64,000 nucleotides of DNA from Tubulanus polymorphus. Its lineage: Eukaryota; Animalia; Nemertea. This document shows positions 1 to 12,400 of this stretch, in pieces (the first letter of the stretch is position 1; every line of letters begins with the position of its first letter). The stretch lies in the NCBI RefSeq assembly GCF_964204645.1, contig NC_134026.1, positions 3,495,950 through 3,559,949 of the forward strand, in the 5' to 3' direction. Both the position numbers and the translations under genes were made by a program. The notes under the pieces were generated by a model. That model saw nothing but the letters and a program-made list of their open reading frames with translations. It was not told where the DNA came from and searched no databases.

Positions 1-510
1 GAATGGTACTGCATGAGTCAATTTATATGCAGGAATGGTGTGGGAGGGTTTGGTAGGAACACAGCGGGACGTACAGTAAAAAAAAATAGATTAAAATGAT
101 TTTAAATAAGTATGGATGATATGATGGAACAAATTTCAATTTGCCCAATAAAATAAATAAAGGGATGAAATGAATTGATGGTTTCTTTTTTTATTTTTAG
201 TTTTTATAATTTTTTCAGGAGAACCGTAAAACTCCCTATAAAACCGGTAGCATCTGGTTTTTATTTTTTATTTTTTTTTAAATAAAATTAAAATGCAGGA
301 CTGCACGCCCACTGGTTCCTAATGCAAGGGGGTTGACAGATATTTTGTGGCACCGCGCGAACTGCAGACCGACGAAGAAATGAAATGAATGAGTTCTTAA
401 AACTCGCTTGAGCGATAATAAAAATGAATGATGAAAGGAGTGCCGATCTGCAGACGTGCATGGGCTGATGTTGTTGCCCGGAGTGATGGCGAGTGAAGGG
501 GGATGGTTTT

Positions 511-1770
511 TTAATTTCTTCTAGCTCTTTTATTTCTTATAAATGTATAATTACCATCAAAGGCCCCTTCAACATCGCGGAGCAATTGCACAGGATCTTT
601 CATGCGGATGTTTCGAGACCAACCAGGGCCGCGTGCAACCAGCTCTACAGCGGGGGCGGGTGGTACCCCCGCTGGAGCGCCCGATGTTCCAGCCTGGGCG
701 GGCATATTATTATTATCATTATTATAAGTTCTTTTTCTTTTTTTTGTAGGTTGCACGCACACAGGTGGTTGTGGTGGTGGTGGGGGCCCTGGTTGTGGAG
801 CTCCAGGAGCCGCTGAGGACTCCTCATCACTGGACTCCTCAAAATTTGGTTGTGGTGGAGGAGCCGCACGCTTTGGTGTTTTTTTTTTATTAGGCCGCCC
901 CGAACCTTCCGTATAATTCACATCTTTCCTATTTTTACGGGGCGACCTGCGCGGTGCAGGAGTCTGGACCTGTGGCGCCTCTGTCGGGGCAACCACGGCA
1001 GGGGCGACCTCCTGCTTCACGATAACAGGTGGCACGACCTCCGTATCCGAAGATACGGTGACCGCAACCACCTGCACCGCAGAAGCAGGGACCACCACCC
1101 GCGGGGGAGCCAACGGTGTTGGTGGATTTGGCTCCCCGTGCTTATGAGACGATAAACGCTCCACGCACCTTTTCAATCTCCTTTGTAGAAGGGAAGCCGC
1201 CTCATAAGCGTGGCCAGACTCATCTTTTCTGTTGACAGCATCAATAACAATTGATTCAGCTGAAATGAAAAGAAAAACTATTAAGGATCACGAATATTAC
1301 ACATTAATACCACATAGACTTAATGACTGCAAATATGCAATTAATTGCCAGTTTATCTGATTCATTTCTAAATCAAGAGTTTAAAGGCAATTTCAGTTTT
1401 GTTATAGTATGTGTTGATACATCAATAATGATGATGGTATTAGCTTTAGGAATGCATAGGTAAAATTGTTCATACCAATAACTGGAATTATGGTACAGTT
1501 CAGGTTTCACAACTACATAAATTTGTTTTGGAATATCTCATATCACAATTTAACAGAAAACCAGAGAAAGCTCATACAGATGTTAATATTATGATCACCT
1601 GCCCCAGCCTTACATCGTTTTTTGTAGATTGTTGCTGAAAAGCTTTCAAATGTATCTTCTTCATTCCTCATAATTATCAAATTTGATATTATCATTAATT
1701 CATTTTCATAACATTTATAACGCCCATTGCTATCAATACAGTTCGGGTATAACTGCAGATGCCTCTGGGG
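511..1770 (-). CDS. Unknown Pro/basic low-complexity protein, last two exons (~1770-1615 and 1260-511); upstream exons unclear or decayed
   Basis: 221-aa ORF extends upstream to a pyrimidine-rich acceptor (tttcttttcatttcag) at ~1261. An upstream exon (cccag|AGG...CGAT|gtaag; RHLQLYPNCIDSNG...YKKR) joins in frame. Pro-rich, with basic clusters RRSPRKNRK and KKRKR. No family recognised. Confidence 0.5.
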
Positions 1771-1842
1771 TAGAAACAAGTATAAACCAAATATCAAGAA
1801 AATCCATTATGCATTTCCTCAATCTGTACTTAATGTTCCAAA

Positions 1843-2795
1843 TTAGACCGGTCTAGTTTAGACCAAATTTTGGACCGGTCTAAATAAGTGTGTGTGGACA
1901 GAAACTGGTACCAGGCCCGGTCTAAATCGTGATTCTGAATCTCTGCGGTAGATGTCGCGACCTCTGCAGTAGAGTGCGAGTCCAGTTTATTAAGTTTTAA
2001 ATGCTTTTATTACCGTTTATGTAATTATTATTGTAAGTACTGTTTTTCCTCCCTATTCTATGGAAATGTTTGGAGCTTATTCGTATTCGTACATCGCGAT
2101 CATCATCCGTTTTACTGCCGTGCTTTGAACCGTGTTTAAATGATACTTAGAGTTTCGGCGTGATAGAACAAAATCGAATTCGCAAAAAAGTCTAAACCTC
2201 ACAGAGGATCGAATTGGTCAAATGAAGAATGTCTTGCTCTACTTCGAATCTGGAGGCAAGACTTCATCCAGGCGCAATTAATTATTTAGCAGTTGGCGAC
2301 ATCTTGTGGGCCCGGTGACAAGCGATTTTATCACCGCGTGTCAAAACACTGTGTGAACGCTCACCAAAATTTGGTCCGGTCTAAAACCGGACCAGGTACG
2401 CCCCCATTTAGACCGGTCTAACTAGTTGTCGTGTGAACGCATCCTCCCTCTGCAGGGACTCGAACCTGATGGCATCGCTACACTCAGCCACGGCACGAAC
2501 CCCTGCATCAGTAGACCGGGTGCGCAGGTACATGCGCAGCTTTCCGAACGAAAACTGGCGGCACCAATCAGATTGCTCGTTGTATAATCGTTGAGGCAAA
2601 TTTCAAAGAATAACTATAAATGGGAAAACCCGGGCTAAAATAAAACAGGATTTCTGATTGGCTCAAAATCACATCATCTGAACTGCGCATGTATCTGCGC
2701 ACACGGTCGATTATGGCAGGGTTTCGTGCCGTGGCAATCTCGATGCCATCAGGTTCGAATCCCTGCCGGGGGAGGATGGTGTGAACGCAGCTTTA
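1843..2795. mobile_element. Non-autonomous DNA transposon remnant (possibly PIF/Harbinger-like) with subterminal GACCGGTC repeats; left end truncated
   Basis: Repeated tagaccggtcta motifs at both ends in inverted arrangement. The right terminus gtgtgaacgcagcttta is interrupted by the nested MITE. Confidence 0.55.
2440..2778. mobile_element. Nested MITE with ~100-bp imperfect TIRs and 9-bp TSD (Mutator-like)
   Basis: Left arm catcctccctctgcagggactcgaacctgatggcatcg... matches the reverse complement of right arm ...cgatgccatcaggttcgaatccctgccgggggaggatg. GTGTGAACG flanks both sides (2431-2439, 2779-2787). Confidence 0.85.
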
Positions 2796-4677
2796 GACAG
2801 TACATGGTAAATCATATTCAATTTTCACATATTTCAAAGTTTTTTTTACATTTTTTCATGGTCGAAAAATACAATGCAAAGAATTTGATTCAAATTTCAT
2901 CAGAAATCGAAGGACAGATAAAGTCGCACATTTACTGGATTTTTTGTTTTAATCGAAGTTCATTGAACCAGCCTGAACTGACTGTTCTTAACAAAAACAT
3001 CACATTTCTGGACGCGATTATCATTTTAGTTACCAAACGGGATATGCAATACATCAGTACTCGAGGATATTACAAATATAACGTTTCACCATTGGCAAAA
3101 CCTATCTATATATCGTGCGTCCGCCATGTTATCAAACCAATTCACTGCTGGCTACATCCAATTCTACAAATAAAACAATTTGTATTGATTAAATCAATAA
3201 TAAATGACATCTGGAATTAGGCCTATTTTTTGACACCGTAAAAACCGTTATGATAATGTTTTTATCCATTGATAACTACAATGCCTTATTTGGGGGGTTC
3301 TGTGTCAACATTCCTGTTTCTAAATAACAATTAATTTTCAGCATTTATTCTATCGCTAGATATATCTATCTTGTACATATTTTCATATACATTTTGTATT
3401 ATGAAAATTGTATTATATTTTTGATAAATTTTCAATTGATATGAACTACATCATAAATAATGGAGCTTGCCTACCCGGGCAAACCTCCGTTTTCGGAGGA
3501 GGTGACAAATTGAAACCGAATGACAGTCAGAACTACAGTCCGGAAACGGTCGACGCGGGATTGAGCACGGTTGCTGTAGTTCGCAACTAGTTTCAAGATG
3601 GCCGACACTGAAATATGTAACGACCGAACCATAGTGCTATTGGTTATTAGCTCCGACCTTTAATCGACTAACAATAAAAACCAGGTTCGCCCTGGTTAGA
3701 CAGATTGCCACTCAATTTACTGTTGATTTATTCACATTCAAAATAACTAAGATCTGAAACCATGAGCCCTGGATTGATGAAGGATCAGCGACTGGGTCAC
3801 TTCACCTCAATTGAAGGCCTATTTCACATAAATTCACAACTTATTCAAATGAGCCACTTACCCCTTCAATATCGAATCCTTCAGACACAGCTTATTTAAG
3901 AATTCAAAGGTTTTTGAGTTGTGGCGATAAACACAAAAACTTCACACAAACGCAGCACAGGTAAAACTTTATCTCCCACGACTTCATCAAGAGGATATGG
4001 TACTAGTGGTTCTGATGAAGTTCTGGAGTTGTATTTAACAATGTTCAGCTCATATTTGACATAATCTAAGACAATATTCTGACAAAACGCTACGTTTGAA
4101 TACATTTTAATGTTCGAATACATCTTTATGTGTATTCCTCTGAAACGGATTTTAACCATTTACAAAAAGCGATTTGTCTTGAAATCAAACACCAAAATTC
4201 ATTTTCATTTAAACCCGATTTTAGCTATTCACATAAAATGCTTATCATATGAAAAAAGTACAAAATAAGTTTATGCCTCATTGAAACCTCACCAAATCTT
4301 CAAATACTGGACAGTCATTAGTTACAACTTTGCAGTTGAGAGCAATAATAAATATACCGAGACCAACTCGAATCGAAAAATTGCTTATATTTTCATAAGT
4401 TTCAGTTCTCCTTATGGGAGTATCGATACTGAAAAATACTAATTCAACTTGATGAGATGCTGTTCAATTCAAGTAAAATAATATCACAACATGATAATTC
4501 ATTTACCATTTTGATTTACACGTATAAGAATTGTACAATGGTGATACAAATTAACAATTCAAGATGGAGGGACGCATCAAGAAACCTATTAAGGTTTATG
4601 AAAGTAGTTGATGATATTTACATCAATTCAAGCAGCCTATCGGTTGATACAGCTCCGCTGTTTTATGATAAGACTTT

Positions 4678-4935
4678 ACAAGGACCACCTACACAGCACT
4701 CTTAAGAGTTCAAATCCAGAAAACGGCTCTATTACTTTTTAGCCCTTGGCTCATAGTATCTACATACCAAGTTTCGTCAACATCGGACAATAATTGTAGG
4801 ACAAGTAGCGATTTAAAGATTTTACAAGCGTCACCCGTACAGTGCCCCCTAAGATCAAATTGGGAAAATGGCTCTGTAACTTTTTAGCCCTTGGCCCGTA
4901 GTATCTACATACCAAGTTTCATCAAGATCAGAAAA
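4678..4935. repeat. Dimer of ~145-bp units resembling internal repeats of Helentron/HINE-type elements
   Basis: Two copies of ggctct..actttttagcccttggc.c.tagtatctacataccaagtttc.tcaa.atc; class assignment is by recalled motif similarity only. Confidence 0.55.
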
Positions 4936-5254
4936 GAACTGTACACTAACCAAAATTCAAGACGAGAAAAAATATGCAAAATGTACTTATTTTGACCGAG
5001 AAACAACAAAGGCTGCCAGTCAGTTATCTTAATTCTAATAAGGGCCAATACTTTAGATTCGTTTACTGAATATTGAATGTCAACCAATGAAATTATTCTG
5101 ACAATTCTGATTTCTCAATGTATCATTTTATTTAAAATGTTTTTCATTTTATCATTTTATTGAAGTATTTACAGAAACCGAAACCAATAGAAACCGAACA
5201 ATCAACAATCAGCAGTTTGTAGAATAACCAGACAGCTACAGTTAACAATAATAA

Positions 5255-5600
5255 GTACTGGGCGTGGATGCGCTGGTATCACTGGTACTGGCTTGATGTG
5301 CTGGTATCACTGGTACTGGGATGATGCACTGGTATCACTGGTACTGGAATGATTCACTGGTATCACTGGTACTGGCTTGATGCACTGGTAACACTGGTAC
5401 TGGTATCACTGGTACTGGAATGATGCACTGGTATCAATGGTACTGGGATGATGTACTGGTATCACTGGTACTGGGATGATGCACTGGTATCACTGATACT
5501 GGGATGATGTACTGGTATCACTGTTACTGAAATGATGTACTCGTATCACTGGTACTGGGTGCTGGCTTGATACGCTGGTATCACTGGTACTGGGATGATT
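5255..5600. repeat. ~28-bp minisatellite (ctggtatcactggtactgggatgatgca)n
   Basis: About a dozen degenerate tandem copies visible directly. Confidence 0.9.
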
Positions 5601-6172
5601 ATACACTGCAACTGGGTTGGTGTGGTTTGATAGTACTTAATCTGTAGTAAGGAAGAAGGCGGCCAATCTCACTACTGGGTAGCCTAGTATCAGGTGCTGA
5701 ACTCAGAAGCGGTGCTGCGACGTTGCATAACCAATTCATAGCCGGCTTCAATTCAACAAATTCATTCTAAATATAATAAACACATTTTCATCTACGTCAA
5801 AAAAAAACCAATATAAATCATTAAATAATGAATAAATGAGGGATCGATTACACTTACATTTAGTACATTGTTACTGTAAGTTGCGCAATTATTCAAACTT
5901 TCTCCCACAACCAGGTGACTTCATATAAATCAATCAAATCCATTTACTATAAAATATCAAATACATTTTCATTCAATCATAAAACAAAACATCATTAAAC
6001 AGTGAATAATGAATAATAATTGGAATCTAGGTCTATTTCACATATACCGATATTTATGAGATATTTCAAATAAATCACTACTTACCCCTCGAATATTGAA
6101 TCCATCACCGGAATAATTCACTGACACTGTCAATATAATGACAGCTACTTCCCCGCAGGAAAAAACGCTCAT
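5600..6172 (-). pseudogene. Decayed spliced gene unit, partly paralogous to the exon ending at ~3862
   Basis: ATG at 6172, donors gtaag at ~6085 and ~5857, acceptors at ~5948 and ~5768. Splicing meets an in-frame stop. Exon end 6081-6107 matches 3857-3883 with 4 mismatches in 27 nt. Confidence 0.35.
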
Positions 6173-6389
6173 AGGCTGGAAAAACACTAGGCTGAGGTTG
6201 CTAGGCTTATGAATGGATAAATATTTGGGTCCCGTACCTACCGTAGCTTTTTAGGCCTAATTGAAAATAATTCTTTCAACAAAATAGAAACCTTTTCTAA
6301 CTTGCAATATGAGTTTCAAATTCAACAATCAAACATTTCGGCCCGACTCGCAATGATGAGTTTCAAATTCAAACTTCACATAGGAGGCC

Positions 6390-7700
6390 TTTTTAATAGT
6401 TATTTGTATGTAGGCCGTGTGGGTGGTGCATATACCAGAGCCAGCCCCAGCGCCAGCGCCCAGGCCCTGATACGGTCTGGACCGGACGGAGGGAGGACTT
6501 GCCCACCACCCGTGGCGTCCCAGCTAATGATGTCAATGATGACTGAGGCCGATTAAACAGTTTCAAACTGTTTATTTGCTGTTTTCTGAAAGGAATTAAA
6601 CAGCATCAATGATACATGCTTGGAGCGCATGATGGAAACTCCTTACAAACGGCACGTCAACTTTGGACCCGGAAATAGGTTTTTACATCATTATAATAAA
6701 TCCCATCCATCAGAGTCACATTCTATTAAATTAAATTCAATTTTGTTCCGTGAATATTTGTGTCGAGAGACGTAAAGGAAATTCTATGTCGAGACATCAA
6801 GGATAGTTTTATCGTTATTACTGCAGTTAATTTACTGTTTCAATGCAGATATAGAAATAATTGTCTTTCCTTATTGAATGTTTCTAAATTTTTTTACTTT
6901 TCAATAGAATAATTGAGATTCTACCTAGAATGAAATATTTAAGATCAGTAAAATTGAAAAAAAATATATATTTGAGATATTGAAACGTCGATATTTCTGT
7001 GATCACTTTTGAGATTAAGAGTTGAAATAATTAAACTTTCAAAGTGACTGAGGTATTCAAATGAATAAAAAAATTATCTGAATAGAATTGGATAAGTGTT
7101 TGGCAGTTTAGATATTCTAGTTTAAGATTTCGGATTCGAGAACTATTTAAATTAAATTTCAGAGATTTGTGCTAGATATGTTGTGGATTTGAGATAACCA
7201 AGATAAGTAATTGAGATATTTGAGGCATACTAATTAAGATAAGGTAATGAGTAAAAACTTACTTAAATTGAGGAACAGGTCGAGTGCCCCGCCATTTTTC
7301 AGCACCTCGACCTGTACGGATTTCAGCACGTCGAATAAAAAGTTACATGACATGATTGTTGTAGTTTTTGTAGTTAGTTGTCGACGTTGTTGTAGGTTCC
7401 GTAGAAGGTTCTCACGGTTGTCGAAGGTTTTGTTGTAGAAGTTTCTGTTGTAGAATGTTCTTTTGTAGAAGCTTCTCACGGTTGTCGAAGGTTTTGTTGT
7501 AGAAGTTTCTGTTGTAGAATGTTCTGTTGTAGAAGGTTCTGTTGTAGACTGTTCTTCTTGTTGTAGGTTCTCTGATTGCTGCTGCTGCTGCTGCAATATT
7601 GATAAAAGAATAATTAATACCAAGATATTAAATCAATCAAGAAACATTTCATCGACAGAAAAAATAAAATGGACGCAGTTTAGCATACCGGAAAATGGCC
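6390..7700 (-). pseudogene. Spliced gene unit downstream of a TATA promoter; first coding exon MSCNFLFDVLKSVQVEVLKNGGALDLFLNL, later exons broken by stops
   Basis: Donor ccg|gtatgc ~7688, acceptor ttgcag ~7592, ATG 7353, donor gtaag ~7262. Downstream frames are interrupted. Confidence 0.35.
7381..7560. repeat. 15-bp tandem repeat (gtagaagtttctgtt) with a higher-order duplication
   Basis: Direct tandem copies; the minus strand reads STTEP/STTEH/STTET. Confidence 0.85.
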
Positions 7701-7780
7701 GAACTGGAAAGAGTGACCCCGTGACCGGGCCTTTTATACCGACACCGGTGTGACGTCATATTACACAATACTGACCAATG
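7695..7780 (-). promoter_or_regulatory. Core Pol II promoter: CCAAT, CRE, TATA, Inr-like and YY1-like motifs
   Basis: On the minus strand: ATTGG (~7775), TGACGTCA (7751-7758), TATAAAAG (~7731-7738), then TCACTCT about 20 nt further on and GCCATTTT. Confidence 0.55.
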
Positions 7781-7961
7781 ACAAGTAACTTGACATTCCC
7801 GCCGAGAAGTCAAAGAATGAAATTATTGCCACCGAAATGCCATTAGATTCGAATCCTGCAAATGGAACGATGGTTGATTTTCTATTAAGGGGTGCCTTCA
7901 CGTTGGAAAGCGCCGATGCCCGGGCCACACCAGTCTACTTAGTTTTGTGGCCAATTTAACA

Positions 7962-8158
7962 TACCGTAAATCGGGGTGACTTGAGACGCTTATTTGTGAT
8001 TTTTTCAAATGCAGCTCGAGGACCTACCAACAATCTACCCAAATGATGATTATTTGAACAACAATTGGTCCCTCTTCAGTTCTAGGCATGATGAAAAAAT
8101 GTGTCTAATGATTTTCTAATTTTTTTTTATTCAGAAACAACTGTCTCATGTCACCCCA
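7962..8158. mobile_element. Tc1/mariner-like MITE remnant
   Basis: ta-ccgtaaatcggggtgacttgagac at left; inverted gtctcatgtcacccc at right. Confidence 0.45.
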
Positions 8159-9430
8159 AGGTGAGGGTCTTGAAAATTTGCTGTAAATAAAAGTCTGTTT
8201 GATTTTACGCCGATAATTTGATTCTGTTTGTTCACCAGTTGCAGACTTTAAGCAGCTTATACAACTGTGGAACAATTGGATTCAAAACTCAGTAGAACTG
8301 GATCCAGAACTGTAGAACTGAACCGCTGACTACGTAATATTAGAAATCAAATAAAGCCAGAAAATTTGAAGGAAATTTCGGTCTAGGAGACGACGCCTTC
8401 GGCCACTCACTGCTTTTGCTTTTGATGGCTGATCGGGTCTTATCTAAAGGTCGTACTCAAGCTGGTCAGTTAGGGATCGAGTTCAACTAATACACCTTTA
8501 ACCTGTGGAAACAGTAGGATATTATGTACAGCCTTGCTCCGATAATTAAGTCTTTTTACTTTGGATCATTTAACCAATCCGTGAAATTGATTGTCCGACA
8601 ACTATTTCCTAAAAAATGTTGAAAGTCTATTTTACTCTCCCAAGACCGACTGAGGTGCATGGAATGTATGGTGACATTTGAAGTTACCACAGGCAGCCGT
8701 TATCAATATAACTTTTTGAATTCATCGTGGGAAAAAAACCAAACTTTTTGAATTCTGGATCTTAGGTAGAGAGTCTAGATAATTCAAGATCAGTATTTGC
8801 TTAGGTCCCAATTTTGTTGAAAATAACCTCTCTCGCCTAAAACATCACGCTGGCCATGCTTAACAATGCAGGCCCAACTTAAAAAAGAATAGCCTCTTAG
8901 AAAGAGTTGCCTTATCAAAATGCTCAATTTTGAATAAGTCGAAATCATTTTTCAATGAATAGGCCTAATTCCAAAATATTCAGTATTAATGGAAATGTCC
9001 ATCTATCGTATATCGCTATTCTATGGTTATTTGCATTGATTGACCAATTTATTCGAAGACTGTTTCAGTCCACTGGAAATACACTACCAAATTTTCCTTG
9101 GAGATCTGAGAGTAGGGCATAGGCTAATATTTTCATTAGATAGAATAGGTTTGCGGATTTTTACTTCATCATATTTAGAAATATTCTGGGAAGGATTAGC
9201 CATGCATTTACAGTATCTGATGCTGTACTATATATACATCATCGCTCCGTCATGCCGAGTTGTACATTTCACATCAACCAGTGTCTACATGCAGCTGTTC
9301 AGTGTGTACACGCTATATCTGAATACGAGGCTGGAATAACACGCTCACTTCACGTAGTTCATTTTGGTCACTCAATCAAGTGACACAAAATAATTCCTGT
9401 TCCTAATGGCGAAACTATAGGGGGATTATA

Positions 9431-12400
9431 ATGGAGCACACCATTTGGTAATTACCATGATTACTTGTTTCTTTTTTGATAACGAAGCTGTCAGTCAGTC
9501 AGTGTCATAGTACTAAACAGTACTCTAATTAGGAGTAACTATTTATGCCTTATAGTTTGGACTTGACAAGTTGACTTGTCCTACAAACAGGCACTCGAAT
9601 AATGGGCTCTGATACTGGATAAGTAATTGATAACCCGCTTAGCGTTACGTATTCTTTTTCTCCTCATCCACCATATTTATCTAGGAGATTCGGTCGGGTT
9701 TGGTTAATGACTGTTGTTAAGTAAATGTTCTCATTTCAGCCCGGAGGGTCGGATATTCTTCATCTATGACCATACAGTATTGCAAAAAGAAGAAGATGAT
9801 CTGAAAGATGCAATAATTTACTTTTTTCCACATACAGTTAGTAAATCTGCGTTAAAATTATCGGTGTTGATTAAGTATGGAACGCTATCCACTAATGTCT
9901 TCCATTTTTAGGTTGATCCCACCACTCAGTGTGCCATCTGTGGACAGTTAATGGGTATGGTTACACTATTCAAAGAGTTGTTCAAGACCAAACCAAAACT
10001 TTACAAATTGAAGAATGACAAGTTTGCTGTAAAACATATTGACCAATATACAATGGTAAGATAGATTAAATTTCAAGTAAACCTGTTTATATTAGTATGG
10101 AGTAGATTTTGTGCCTGTCATGCAAGAAATGAAATCTATTACTATTGATCGGTATTTATAATTTTTGCCTTGAATTCTATTACTGTTTTAGGCTCTTGCT
10201 GGTAGTCATAAGGAGATGGACAATACATTGGTGAAGCAGCTTGATGATCTTTACCAAACTTTCGCATTTTACCAAGCCAGTATAGATACTGTTAAAAAGG
10301 TAATGATAAACTTCTATGAAATGTAGCAATAGGCCTATGTGTCTAACTTTTGAGACCTTATATAGTGCTTAGCCTCCAAAATGATATCTAAAATTTTTTT
10401 CATTTTGATGAAATTGTATGCCTACTATGTGGACCTATGTACTAGGCGCCGTATTATTGATTTTTCCTCGGAATTTCTCTTTTTCAGCTTTGTAAGAGTC
10501 GAGAGAGATTTCTGCAGGAAATGGAGTTCATTTGGAACACGTATTTACCATTCATACGTAAATATGATGACCCGTTGCTCTCCGCATTTCATATGATACC
10601 CACGGTACAGTTGCCGCGACGAGGTGCAAAATTATTCCTCCAATCATCCCACATATTACAAGCTAGTCGTTATAAACCTGGTATTTTAGGAGGCTGCATC
10701 ATACTCAAAAACAGGTTAGTGAAATCCCATATGCGTTTTGTCATGGGATATTTTTCTTTGTGAAGATGTGGCTAATGGCATATGCCTTTTTGATGATAAC
10801 TAATGGAACTAATTGTATTTCTTCCTAGTATTCTTTGTAATCAGCTTCCAATTGCTTTAGCAGCGAAGCTCTGCCTAGTCAAACCAAAACAGCTACATGT
10901 AAGTTATTCATAAGAATTTTTGATAAAGCATATTTTTCAGATGAAATGCAAAATGGTGGAATTTTGATGGAAAATTTCTTTATATTTCAGCTTCCTTGTC
11001 AACTAATAGAAACCAGTAAGTAACTGTTTAGAAATTTTGTATTTGTTATTCCTTATTTTTTTATCGCTTAACAGTTTGTTCATCTTTTCTCAGACCTTCT
11101 GCTTCCGGTCGGTGTACGGATTTTAGTCGTATATTTGAATTCGGAAGAAAGAAAATATGTGCGTCCGGTCGGTAGTCAAAATGCTCAAACCCAAAGAGTT
11201 GCTGAAGATTACGGGTTATCATCGGTCCTTTCACGAACCAGCAGTATACAGGAAGATATGGCAATTTCGATGCTGAAGACTGAGCATGAGAAAGAATCAA
11301 AAGAAGAAAAACATAGTGAGAATTGGGATGCTCCGCTTGGACGTAGAAAGATGGATGATGTCATTACTTTCACTAAACCCACGCGAGCTGGTAATGAAAA
11401 ACTCAAAAAGGTGAAAGATGATGATGAGTTGGTGGATGTGTTTGAAAAAGATTTGATGAAATTTACTGATGACCCTGGAACACCTGTAGAAAATCGGGGT
11501 GGTACAAGTTTTGTAAAAGGACTCAAAGTAGAAGGTTGTAATACAACACAGAATAATCACAACATGAATGATAAGTCAGAGAATGATTTACAAGTAAATG
11601 AGCTCGCTACTGAAATAGGTGATCAGCTAACTACTTATCAGAGTAGTTTGATAAAGGATAAGGGAGATGCACCTGCCTGTTCTGATGAAAAAACAAATGA
11701 ACTCTCTAAAGAAGCCAAGGCAGTGTGCGATACTTCTCATTTAAGTATTGAAAAGGATAACGTAGATGATGAGACAAAAGATATTAGTTCATTATCCAAT
11801 ATTTCATCATACGTTTCTCCATGTGATGAAATTACGTCCAATTTTGAAACAAATAATGAGGCGATGACCCCTAGTGATAGCTTCCCCACCAATGATAACA
11901 TTGATGCGTGGTTTGTGAATGAACAATCAGGTTTGAATAGTGGTGCCGCATCAGAAGAAGCGAAAACACATGAATCAAAAGAGAGAAAGCGTGCGTTGAC
12001 TAAGAGTTCAACGGGTAGTTATGAAGAAATTGGTAGAACATTCAATGATTTATCAATTGTTCATTCGCGTTGTTGCAACCACTTCAGTAATGAGAATACG
12101 TGTGGAGAGCAGCAGTTTAAATCAAATGAACACTTCCCGGTATTCAAAGGTTGCCAAGATATCGGTAATTTTGAAGGCGAGCCGGTAAGTGAAGTAGACA
12201 ATAGTGAGAGTAACAGTAGGAAAATGAACGATACTGTGATAGATAGTCTGAATACTAGCGGTGGTAAACTTCACATAAACGTTGATCGATCGTTAAGTTT
12301 CAATAAACGACACTTATCGAATTCGAGTACTGAATACCAAGAACTGCAGGATGAAATTGAAGAAGAATCTGAAAATCATGTCGGACAGTCGGTTTTTTAT

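Noticed and set aside
8370-8500. Possible structured ncRNA
   Set aside because: No match to any snRNA, snoRNA or other RNA family I can recognise, and no clear Pol III signals.
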